Of a stretch of 60,782 nucleotides of DNA, positions 39,027-47,556 are shown in pieces. Numbering within the stretch: the first letter of the stretch is position 1; every line of letters starts with the position of its first letter. The stretch is from Bacteroidales bacterium (GTDB lineage: Bacteria; Bacteroidota; Bacteroidia; Bacteroidales; CAIWKO01): assembly GCA_035389045.1 (NCBI GenBank), contig DAOORA010000002.1, positions 78,957 to 139,738 on the forward strand, given 5' to 3'. A model generated the notes under the pieces. That model worked only from the letters and a program-made list of their open reading frames with translations, did no database searches and was not told the DNA's origin. A program made the translations under genes and the position numbers.

Positions 39027-40544
39027 ATGAAACGCACCATTACGTTGTTTATGTTTTTGCCGGTTCTATGTACTGTGCAAATGGCTTACGGACAAGGAAT
39101 CAAAAAAATCGACCTGGTCAGCGCCGAAAACATGATTTACGACCAGTTAAAAGGAGATTATACCCTGCTGATCGGTAACGTAATTTTTCAACATGAAGAA
39201 GTACTGCTTTATTGCGACAGCGCTTATTTATATGATGCCACCAACAACCTCGACGCTTTTGGAACCGTGCATATAAAAGCCAGCGACTCACTCAATATTT
39301 ATGGCGATTCGCTGAAATACGACGGTAATACAAAAATTGCCGAAATCCATAAACATGTCAGGCTTATAGATAACCAGATCACACTGACAACCGAACATCT
39401 CACCTATGATCTGAAAGCCAAAACAGGCAAATACTATGATGGAGGAAAAATTGTCGATCCCGAAAATACACTTACCAGCAAAAAGGGATTCTATTATTCT
39501 GATATAAAAGACTTTTTTTTCAACGATTCGGTGGTGCTGATCAACATCAATTACACTATATTATCCGATTCGCTGAAATATAATACTTCCTCTGAGGTAT
39601 CGCATTTCTACGGGCCAACCACAATCACGAGCAAGGAGAACTATATTTACTGCGAAAAAGGATGGTATAACACCCAAAAGGACATAGCCGAATTCACAAT
39701 AAATCCGCTGCTCAGGAACGAAAGTCAAAGTCTGACGGGCGACAGTATTTATTACAACAGGATCAAAGGTCTCGGACTGGCGTATCGCAATGTTGTTATT
39801 ACTGACACCTCAAGAAATTCAGTGGTGAAAGGTGATTTTGTACGTTACGACGAAAAAAACCAATACAGCCTGGCCACGGGTAATGCCCTTTTCATCCAGA
39901 TCGATGAACAGGAAGACTCATTGTTCCTGCACGCCGACACCCTCATCGGGACTTTCGACACGGCAACCCATAAGGCCAGGATACTGTTTGCTTTCCATCA
40001 CGTAAAGTTTTTCAGAGATGATATCCAGGGACGCTGCGATTCGCTTATCTATAACTATATAGATTCAACCATACGGATGTTTTACGATCCTGTTTTGTGG
40101 ACGGAAAACAACCAGCTATCCGCCGACACCATAATCATCCAGATTTGCAACGGGCTTATTGATAAAATGTACCTTCAGAAAGCAGGTTTTGTGATTTCGG
40201 GCGATGATACCACCGATAACAGGTTTAATCAGGTAAAAGGGATCAACATGACCGGTTATTTTTCTGAGGGTGAATTAATAAAAATCCATGTTTCTGGTAA
40301 TTCCGAAACCATTTATTTTATGCGCGACGCAGATGAAAAAAAAATCGGCATAAATAAAGCCATTGCCACTGACCTCGACATCTATATTACAAAAAGCGAA
40401 ATAAGTTCAATTGTATTTCTTAAGAAGCCCGTTGCTACCTTATATCCCGACAAAGACCTCACTGTGAAAGATCTTTACCTGAAAAATTTCAGGTGGCTGG
40501 AAAAATTCCGCCCCAAAATAAAGACAGATATTTTCAATCCGTAA
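39027..40544 (+). CDS. OstA-like (LptA/LptD N-terminal beta-jellyroll) protein
   Basis: Signal peptide; GNVIFQHEEVLLYCDSAY, repeated GDSLKY/SDSLKY/GDSIYY and LFLHADTL motifs typical of Bacteroidota OstA-like proteins. Confidence 0.85.
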   Translation: MKRTITLFMFLPVLCTVQMAYGQGIKKIDLVSAENMIYDQLKGDYTLLIGNVIFQHEEVLLYCDSAYLYDATNNLDAFGTVHIKASDSLNIYGDSLKYDGNTKIAEIHKHVRLIDNQITLTTEHLTYDLKAKTGKYYDGGKIVDPENTLTSKKGFYYSDIKDFFFNDSVVLININYTILSDSLKYNTSSEVSHFYGPTTITSKENYIYCEKGWYNTQKDIAEFTINPLLRNESQSLTGDSIYYNRIKGLGLAYRNVVITDTSRNSVVKGDFVRYDEKNQYSLATGNALFIQIDEQEDSLFLHADTLIGTFDTATHKARILFAFHHVKFFRDDIQGRCDSLIYNYIDSTIRMFYDPVLWTENNQLSADTIIIQICNGLIDKMYLQKAGFVISGDDTTDNRFNQVKGINMTGYFSEGELIKIHVSGNSETIYFMRDADEKKIGINKAIATDLDIYITKSEISSIVFLKKPVATLYPDKDLTVKDLYLKNFRWLEKFRPKIKTDIFNP

Positions 40545-40549
40545 ATCCT

Positions 40550-41248
40550 ATGCATCTTTTTTATGCTCCACATATCGAACCGGAATACCATGTGTTAAGC
40601 AGGGAAGAATCCATGCATTGCAGGGTGTTGCGCATCAGGACGGGTGATTTTATCTATATTACCGACGGTAAGGGAATGATGTGCAAAACAATTGTCACGG
40701 ATAACAGCACGGGGATCTTTCATACAAAAATCGTTGACCAGCAGCACGGTTTCAACAAATTACCGTACCATCTGCACATAGCTATCGCTCCAACCAAGAA
40801 TACCGAACGTTTTGAATGGTTTCTTGAAAAAGCCACCGAGCTGGGCATCGCAGAAATCACCCCTCTGCTCTGCGTACGCTCCGAAAAAATACGTTTGAAA
40901 TATGAACGGCTTCAAAAAGTACTGATCTCGGCAATAAAACAATCATTTACGGCATATTTGCCTAAATTTAACACGGCCATTCCCTTTTCGGATTTTTTAA
41001 AAAATGACTTACCGGGACAGAAATTCATAGCATATTGCGGTGATAATCAGCAACATTTAAACACAGCTTGTACAGCCAAAAATGATGTAACCATTCTTAT
41101 CGGCCCCGAAGGCGATTTTACCGCAGAAGAAATTTCCCTTTCAGAAAAACACGGCTTCCTTCCAATAACTTTGGGCAAAAACCGTTTGAGAACAGAAACT
41201 GCCGGTATTTTTGCCTGCAGCGTGGTCAACACACTTAATATTTATTAA
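40550..41248 (+). CDS. rsmE: 16S rRNA m3U1498 methyltransferase
   Basis: HCRVLR, EWFLEKATELG, ILIGPEGDF and LGKNRLRTETAG (SPOUT fold). Start placed at ATG 40550 (MHLFYAP), just after the upstream stop. Confidence 0.95.
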   Translation: MHLFYAPHIEPEYHVLSREESMHCRVLRIRTGDFIYITDGKGMMCKTIVTDNSTGIFHTKIVDQQHGFNKLPYHLHIAIAPTKNTERFEWFLEKATELGIAEITPLLCVRSEKIRLKYERLQKVLISAIKQSFTAYLPKFNTAIPFSDFLKNDLPGQKFIAYCGDNQQHLNTACTAKNDVTILIGPEGDFTAEEISLSEKHGFLPITLGKNRLRTETAGIFACSVVNTLNIY

Positions 41249-41251
41249 AAT

Positions 41252-41917
41252 ATGAACCGATACAGCCATACCTTATTTTTAATATTTTTAATTTCATTTT
41301 TTTTCATCACCTCCCTGTCAGCCCAGAATGTCCAGATAGCCCTGATGAAATACAAAGGCGGCGGCGACTGGTATGCGAATCCCTCATCGCTGAATAACCT
41401 CATTAAATTCTGCAACCAGAACCTGAATACCAATCTTAACCTGGATTACGCTACTGTAGAGGTGGGAAGCGCCGAACTGTTCAATTATCCGTTTGTACAT
41501 CTGACCGGTCACGGCAATGTGGTTTTTTCCAACCAGGAAGCCAATAATCTTCGTAACTACCTTGTCTCAGGAGGTTTTTTACATGTTTCCGATAATTATG
41601 GCATTGACCTGTTCATCCGCCGCGAAATGAAAAAAGTGTTCCCTGAACTGGATTTTGTCGAACTGCCCTTTAGCCATCCTGTTTACCATCAGAAATACGA
41701 CTTCCCCAATGGTGTTCCAAAAGTCCATGAACATGATAGTAAACCCCCACAGGGTTTTGGCCTGATCTATGAAGGCCGCCTTGTATGTTTCTATGACTAT
41801 GAATGTGACCTGGGGGATGGCTGGGAAGACAAAGATGTTCATAAAGATTCGGATGCCACCCGGCAAAAAGCACTTCAGATGGGTGCAAACCTTATTCAAT
41901 ATGTCTTCATGAAATAG
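41252..41917 (+). CDS. DUF4159-domain exported protein
   Basis: Signal peptide; KYKGGGDWYANP, PFVHLTGHG, GGFLHVSDNYG, DLGDGWED and ALQMGANL motifs. Confidence 0.85.
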   Translation: MNRYSHTLFLIFLISFFFITSLSAQNVQIALMKYKGGGDWYANPSSLNNLIKFCNQNLNTNLNLDYATVEVGSAELFNYPFVHLTGHGNVVFSNQEANNLRNYLVSGGFLHVSDNYGIDLFIRREMKKVFPELDFVELPFSHPVYHQKYDFPNGVPKVHEHDSKPPQGFGLIYEGRLVCFYDYECDLGDGWEDKDVHKDSDATRQKALQMGANLIQYVFMK

Positions 41918-41937
41918 TCCCTGCATGCTATTTCATG
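41908..41937 (+). terminator. Stem-loop over the stop codon of the DUF4159 gene (possible weak terminator)
   Basis: CATGAAATAG-(10 nt)-CTATTTCATG inverted repeat; AT-rich stem without a clean U-tract. Confidence 0.3.
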
Positions 41938-42103
41938 TGACATTTTCTATTTCTGAACATTACTATCCGGTAAGAATAAATTGAATTTCACAGGAAGTAA
42001 ACAGACACTGCATTTTGAAATGTTAAACCCGCTACGTGGTTCATTTTTCTTGGATGTCTTTATTCTGAATTTTTTTATTCCTTTGGGATAAAAAAGCAAA
42101 ATA

Positions 42104-42257
42104 GAGGCTGTCTCAAAAACCCTTTGTGCGACTTTGTGGATTCCTTTGAGTTACGTAGAGTTAAATATAAGAAGTTGAACAACAATTTGATACAAAGCAC
42201 ACACCGCAGATTCGCTAAGGCTAAATAAACACAAATTTCGACTTTTTAGACAGCCTC
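42104..42257. mobile_element. 154-bp non-autonomous MITE with IS1182-like terminal inverted repeats
   Basis: Left end GAGGCTGTCTCAAAA and right end TTTTTAGACAGCCTC match at 14/15 positions; no ORF inside. The family assignment is from recollection of IS1182-type ends. Confidence 0.7.
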
Positions 42258-42315
42258 AACATTTTTTAAAATAAAAGAATTGAATGAGACGCTTAATAAA
42301 TAACCCAAAGCTTAT

Positions 42316-42630
42316 TGCCCGTAGGCATCAATGTCAATAAAAACACCATTATTCATAAGAATATTTCCCGTTAGGGAATTAACCCATATGATATAAAAAC
42401 GTTAATGCCCAATGGGCAACCTTTTATCTTGGGCCGTATTATTCTATTGATATTAAGAAACTGTTTTGATTTTATGTTACATAAGATTTATGATGGGTTT
42501 TTTAGCGAAACGAGGCAGATTTTGCAGACATAGTTTATCCTATGTCGAAAAATCTAACGATTTGCAGCAAAAAAGACGCATAAAGATATGAAAAGATAAA
42601 ATCCAAACAATTTCTAAAGCCCCACGGGCT
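42316..42630. repeat. REP/REPIN-like cluster of short GC hairpins
   Basis: TGCCCGTAGGCA (42316), TTCCCGTTAGGGAA (42365), TGCCCAATGGGCA (42406) and AGCCCCACGGGCT (42618). The outer units carry roughly inverted tails (CAATGTCAATAAAA / TTCTATTGATATT). Similar degenerate hairpins lie at about 42026 and 42078. Confidence 0.55.
42457..42614. mobile_element. 158-bp palindromic MITE flanked by a TAA target-site duplication
   Basis: Ends GAAACTGTTTTGATTTTATGTT and AAGATAAAATCCAAACAATTTC are imperfect inverted repeats (3 mismatches in 22). Central hairpin GACATAG-tttatc-CTATGTC. TAA directly flanks both sides (42454-42456, 42615-42617). Confidence 0.7.
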
Positions 42631-42679
42631 CTTGATGATATTCTTTATGCGCCTAATTCAATAATAGAAATGAAAAAAA

Positions 42680-42703
42680 GTGTGTCCGCCGCGGCAGACA
42701 CAC
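42680..42703. repeat. Short GC-rich palindrome (REP-like or terminator)
   Basis: GTGTGTCCGCC-gc-GGCAGACACAC, preceded by an A-tract that reads as a U-tract on the minus strand. Confidence 0.45.
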
Positions 42704-42762
42704 AACAACTTATTCCGGACTACAGTGTTTCAATATCATTTCTGAAAACCACCAATTATACC

Positions 42763-42796
42763 AAAAAAAAAGAGGTTGACCATAGCCAACCTCTTT
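42763..42796 (-). terminator. Intrinsic terminator of the 373-aa T9SS cargo gene
   Basis: The minus strand reads AAAGAGGTTGGC-tatg-GTCAACCTC followed by a T9 tract, about 20 nt after the stop codon. Confidence 0.85.
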
Positions 42797-42815
42797 CTTA
42801 GTGAATAAGTTAAAA

Positions 42816-43937
42816 CTATTCAACAATCACTTTTTTGGTAAATCTGCCACCATCCGAAATCAAAGAAACAAAATAGTTTCCTGAATGAAGTTCGCAGGTG
42901 TTGATGTTAACTGAATTAAGAACACCGGCAGCTTTTTTGCCTTCGTTAATGGTCATTACTTCTTTACCGGCCATGTCAAAAAGTTTCACGGTAATATTCG
43001 AAGCATACTGCAAGGTATAGTCAATGAAAAAGTTTCCAACAGCCGGATTATTACGGAGGGACATTTTCATACCCTGGAAGTAGCCTTCGTCTGCGATACC
43101 GGCGCCATCATCAATAACAGCAAACATCGAAATATTCCTGTCTAAAGAAGCACCACTGGCAAGACATGATACAAAATAATGTGTATTCCAGTTAACACAA
43201 TACTGGCTGAAATGCATGGATAATCCGTTTCCGGTAGCATCGCACAGCATAAAGGCGGTATCGCCGCAATTGGTACGAATACCTTTCCAGTCAGATAAAG
43301 CACAAAAATCTGCTGATACCGTAGGCATGGTGGTAAAAGGAATATAGTTGAACGTCATGAAGCTGGTGTCAATATCAGCAATATTCATAGTGCCTGAAGC
43401 CAGATATGGTTCTACCGGAGAAGGACCAAAAGTCGGAGGTGTTGTATTGAAATCTGTAATACAACCATGCTGACCTGATACATAAGGCTCCATCGTGGTA
43501 ACACCCATGACAACATTTGAGTTTGCCACGCTGCCCGGGTTCATAATATATTTTCCGCCTGCAACAAATAATACGCCGGCTACCTTTACTGTAGCATTAT
43601 TTATCCAGCACTGTGCCCACATATCAGCTTCCAGTGAATCGGGGCTGCAATATCCGCTGGTACCAAACCAGTAACCAATGGGATTATCATTACCGTCGAT
43701 CATACCAACAATTCCGACGGTTCCCGTAGGTGAACCGAAACATGGTGTAGAGGTTGTTGTCCATCCCATAGTGTCGATAATGGCCTTAAGAACACCTTGT
43801 CCTGGTTTCACAATTTGTGTAGACATTTTTTCAATTGAACCGCGCTGGCGGACATTCGGATTGGTATTATCCAGTGTCTGTGCCATCGTAATTCCTGCAA
43901 TCAGCAGCATTGCAATAAACATGTAAACTTTTTTCAT
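42816..43937 (-). CDS. T9SS type A sorting-domain protein of unknown function (373 aa)
   Basis: Signal peptide ending TMA-Q; Cys-containing unrecognised core; CTD (NNPA...LFDMAGKEV...SGNYFVSL...TKKVIVE); TATTTTTG box at 44002-44009. Confidence 0.8.
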   Translation of the reverse strand: MKKVYMFIAMLLIAGITMAQTLDNTNPNVRQRGSIEKMSTQIVKPGQGVLKAIIDTMGWTTTSTPCFGSPTGTVGIVGMIDGNDNPIGYWFGTSGYCSPDSLEADMWAQCWINNATVKVAGVLFVAGGKYIMNPGSVANSNVVMGVTTMEPYVSGQHGCITDFNTTPPTFGPSPVEPYLASGTMNIADIDTSFMTFNYIPFTTMPTVSADFCALSDWKGIRTNCGDTAFMLCDATGNGLSMHFSQYCVNWNTHYFVSCLASGASLDRNISMFAVIDDGAGIADEGYFQGMKMSLRNNPAVGNFFIDYTLQYASNITVKLFDMAGKEVMTINEGKKAAGVLNSVNINTCELHSGNYFVSLISDGGRFTKKVIVE

Positions 43938-44054
43938 TTTTTAAATTTTTAGGTTAGTAATTATTTTTTAAAATTAATTTTAGTTACAATATATTTTTTA
44001 GCAAAAATACATTTTTTTTTAAATATGCAACAGTTATTCTATTATTTTCTATCG

Positions 44055-46949
44055 CTAATGGACAGAAACCCATATTTTATCTCTGAAAATCAGTTCACCT
44101 CCCGAAAAAAGGGCAAATGGGTTTTTTACTGCGTTGATTACCGGACAATTCGTTCCGGCAGAATCAACAAAATATATGTACGTCGATTCTGCAAAAAGAT
44201 ACAATCTGAAAATACCCGACAACTGCCTGGCATTCAATGGAAATGAATTCATAATATCGGTCTTGCCGCAGACAAAAATATACATGATCATCCGATCGAT
44301 CTTTCTGACTACCCAATCAGCCTTATCGAAAGTTTCAATAACATTTCCGCTTCCGGAATTCTCCTTTTCCAAGACATTTTTAATATATCTGCAGCTCCAC
44401 CCATGTATCTTTTCTAAATCCTGGTCAGAATATACCTGATTTTCAGCATATACCGATGAAGTAACAGGAAGCTGCAGTGCCGTCAGGTGTTTCAGGTTAT
44501 ACATATCCGGCTTAAAAAACTGTCCGGCATCTGTAACAGTTTCATTAGCTGCAGAAACATCATCGGGGTGCACTACAGGAACCCAGTCAATATAAATATT
44601 ATTTATTTCTTCCCTTTTATCTTTCATTTTCAACAACATACTGAGTCTGTTTTTTTCGGCCTCAGTTAATTTATACAAAGAAGAAATATCAGATTTGTTA
44701 ATGTTTTCCGGCGATTCACATATATTGTTTTTGGTATATATCCATTTTTTAGTCCTGATGTAGTCCCAAATATATTCTAAAAAAAAGTCAGAACTACTGT
44801 GAATCAGCATATTGATAAATGCCTGAGATCTTTTTACTGTAATATTTTCAACAAAAAAATCGAAGCCATCGATTTCAACCAATTTGAATCCGGTCTCTTT
44901 TATTCCTGGTAATTTTTTCACGCCCGATTCCTCTAATAACAAACTGTAAGCTCCCAGAAATTTATGATCCAGTTTTTTCAAAAGCGCCGGTTCTGTGAGA
45001 AAAGCTTCGCTATATCCCTCAAAATAACCGGCCAGGTCTGCCGAATAAAAATAGGTTTCCCCTGGTTTCATTATAGAGTGTCCATCAGAAGCATTGGCCG
45101 CCACAGCATAAACCCATGATGTTTTTTTCAGAAGTTCAATGATATTCTTCTTTTCTGAAAGCGTAACAGAACTGCTTGTTTCAAGTATCTTTTCCACATA
45201 TTTCACAAAATCTTTCCCATAAACCACGGCAGAAGATGCCAGTTGGGGAATGATATTATATTCAACATCATCAGCTGGTTGAGGTTCTCTTATGCCAAGA
45301 TCATTAAAAAAATCAAGACACTCTTTGTCGTTCAAAAGATTTTTATGTATAACCGGCAGCAAACTTTTTTTTCCTGAAGGTAAAAAAATGCCTTGCCGGT
45401 TGTCTGCCACAAATGGCGCTTTGAATGAGTTGTCGCTGGCAAGGATAACAGGAGTTGTACGTAAACTGTAATAGTCAGCGCTATGCTGTATATCCCACAA
45501 ATGCTGGTTTCTGTGCAAATATTTATAAAATTCTTTCAGCCATGAGATTTTTTTCTCCTGTAAAATTTCTGTATTAATCAACAGCCGGAACCCAAATCCC
45601 CGGGCATCAACAGTTTTAATATGCAAGGTCTCTGAAAAGTAATCCCTGACCTGTGCCAGATGTTTTTCGTTAATCACAGGATCGACAAAATATTTTTTCT
45701 GAAATAAAGTTTGCAGATCAGCTGAATTCAACAGGTTGGCAATGTTTTCATCGTGGGGGATCAGTACTTCATCGGCCGCTGAAAGTTTGTTATTCATTAC
45801 AGGCACAGCAGGCTCCGTTTTTAGAAAATCCGATAACACATCATAAAAAGCCCGGTACACCATGGAATCAAAGGCCGTGTCTGCCCCGCCGTCTTTGAGT
45901 AATTCCAGCGGAAATATGGACAACAGTTCCAGATCATACCCTTTCATTTGCACCAATGTTTTAAGCGCAGATTTGAACAATCGGGCGGCATCATTCAGGA
46001 TGCGGATGTTTTCGGGCGCTATGCGGATATCAAAAGGAACGTATTCGCGTAAGGGATTGGTGGTAAAGGGCGCATTCAGGATAAAATTCAGGCGGCTATT
46101 CATCCGTGTGGGAAAATAAACAAAAACAGGTGCTTCGTTTACCGGTTCCACCTTTATTTTTGCTGCTTCCCTGGTAAATTTAAAAGCCAGTTCAGGCTGT
46201 TGCTTACCGGATGACGGCTGTTTTGAAAACAGGATATAATTTACCGCTTCTTCATTACAAACTTCGCCAGATAAAGTTTTGCTGAGGCTTATGGTCTGAA
46301 ACTTATTATGTATTTCAGATATGCTGCGTTCCAGTCGCACATAAAGATTATTGAATATATATATGTCAATACGATTTATTTTTTTAAGAAAAAGCAGCGA
46401 AAACTCATTCAAATTTTTTAATCCGTTATTCACGGCATCAAAACATGCTGTTACCTGTTTTTTCTTAAAAGGCAGAATAATCAGGGTGTGAAATCCTTCG
46501 TCGGGCTGTTTTTCAATGGTATCCTCCAGTACTTCATAATCCTGTATGGAATAGTGATAGTTTCCGCAATGAATTTCCGGTGCGTCGGTAACAGAAAACA
46601 CTGATTTGAAACCGATTCCAAATTTGCCTATCTGGTTAACATCGCTGTGTTTATTTTTGGTTGTACTGGCAAAGGTGGTGACCGACATCAGGTCTGCTTC
46701 ATCAAAATCTTTCCCATTGTGGTGCACCTCTACCCTGTCGCTGAATAATTTAAACCGTATCAGATGTTCCTTTTCTGCGGAACCTTTTCGGGCATAGGCA
46801 TCTTCGGTATTTTGAAGAATTTCTTCAATAAATCTCGACGGCTGGGCATACATCGCCGCCAATACCTCGGCATGACGGTTGCCTTTGGCCTTGTTGGCGG
46901 CCACCGCTTCACGGCTTTTAGCTATATGCTGTGCCAGTGTTAACTTCAA
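44055..46949 (-). CDS. Sacsin/NO VEIN-like GHKL ATPase with a degenerate DUF3883 (NOV-C)-like C-terminus
   Basis: GHKL motifs FIEEILQNTEDA, HNGKDF and IGKFGIGFKSVF; sacsin-like FVYFPT...FILNAPF. The C-terminal ~120 aa follow a DUF3883-like pattern. TTG start; TAAATTTG box at 46966-46973. Confidence 0.75.
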   Translation of the reverse strand: MKLTLAQHIAKSREAVAANKAKGNRHAEVLAAMYAQPSRFIEEILQNTEDAYARKGSAEKEHLIRFKLFSDRVEVHHNGKDFDEADLMSVTTFASTTKNKHSDVNQIGKFGIGFKSVFSVTDAPEIHCGNYHYSIQDYEVLEDTIEKQPDEGFHTLIILPFKKKQVTACFDAVNNGLKNLNEFSLLFLKKINRIDIYIFNNLYVRLERSISEIHNKFQTISLSKTLSGEVCNEEAVNYILFSKQPSSGKQQPELAFKFTREAAKIKVEPVNEAPVFVYFPTRMNSRLNFILNAPFTTNPLREYVPFDIRIAPENIRILNDAARLFKSALKTLVQMKGYDLELLSIFPLELLKDGGADTAFDSMVYRAFYDVLSDFLKTEPAVPVMNNKLSAADEVLIPHDENIANLLNSADLQTLFQKKYFVDPVINEKHLAQVRDYFSETLHIKTVDARGFGFRLLINTEILQEKKISWLKEFYKYLHRNQHLWDIQHSADYYSLRTTPVILASDNSFKAPFVADNRQGIFLPSGKKSLLPVIHKNLLNDKECLDFFNDLGIREPQPADDVEYNIIPQLASSAVVYGKDFVKYVEKILETSSSVTLSEKKNIIELLKKTSWVYAVAANASDGHSIMKPGETYFYSADLAGYFEGYSEAFLTEPALLKKLDHKFLGAYSLLLEESGVKKLPGIKETGFKLVEIDGFDFFVENITVKRSQAFINMLIHSSSDFFLEYIWDYIRTKKWIYTKNNICESPENINKSDISSLYKLTEAEKNRLSMLLKMKDKREEINNIYIDWVPVVHPDDVSAANETVTDAGQFFKPDMYNLKHLTALQLPVTSSVYAENQVYSDQDLEKIHGWSCRYIKNVLEKENSGSGNVIETFDKADWVVRKIDRMIMYIFVCGKTDIMNSFPLNARQLSGIFRLYLFAESTYIYFVDSAGTNCPVINAVKNPFALFSGGELIFRDKIWVSVH

Positions 46950-47085
46950 TCCTGATGTTTTTTTGCAAATTTAATCTTTTCGAATGTAATTCAGCAGCCA
47001 TGTGTTCATATTTCCGCTTTAGGCCAAATAATTCCCGGCAAAATCATAATTTGATGCGCTGGAAAAAAAATACGAGCTTTGTCAC

Positions 47086-47181
47086 ATGGCAAAAATAAGT
47101 ACAACAAGCACAAGTATCGAGAAACACATTCTTGAACTTTTAATAGCGGAAGAAGTTTTAGGATGTTTTGAATTGAATTAA
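47086..47181 (+). pseudogene. Possible remnant of an ISL3/ISAon1-type transposase N-terminal small ORF
   Basis: 31-aa ORF MAKISTTSTSIEKHILELLIAEEVLGCFELN resembles, from memory, the L.LL.PE..L.YFEL start of ISAon1-associated ORFs. No further transposase sequence follows. Confidence 0.25.
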
Positions 47182-47303
47182 TTTCAAACTGTTACCGTTG
47201 CTTAATCAAAATCAGGCCAGGACAAATTTTGATTTATGCTTATGATGTTAGTGTAGGTATTTGGGTTAAAAGTGCAAATGAAATTTGGATCTATTATAGT
47301 TTG

Positions 47304-47355
47304 ATTACTTTTTTGCCTGCCCCGCCAAAGGCGTGGGGACACGCAAAAAAGTAAT
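47304..47355. repeat. Nested palindromic repeat (REP-like)
   Basis: Perfect 13-bp arms ATTACTTTTTTGC / GCAAAAAAGTAAT enclose an inner GC hairpin CCCCGCC-aaa-GGCGTGGGG. Confidence 0.6.
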
Positions 47356-47556
47356 ACAGAAAAGTAATATTGTTACAAGAATCTATTCGGATTTTATATA
47401 TCAGCACCTCAAAAAAAGAAATTGCCTAATTCCCGGAAAAGGTTTTCATAGTAAATAACAGGTTTCCCCGGCATTATCAATGTTTGCCACAGGTACAAAT
47501 CCATGACACCGGATTTTTCAGGAAAATGCATTCAAACAAATTTGTACTTTTGCATT

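Noticed and set aside
41940..42760. CRISPR array or tRNA in the repeat-rich intergenic region
   Set aside because: The hairpins are not identical direct repeats with regular spacers, no cas genes are present, and no cloverleaf or T-loop motif is visible.
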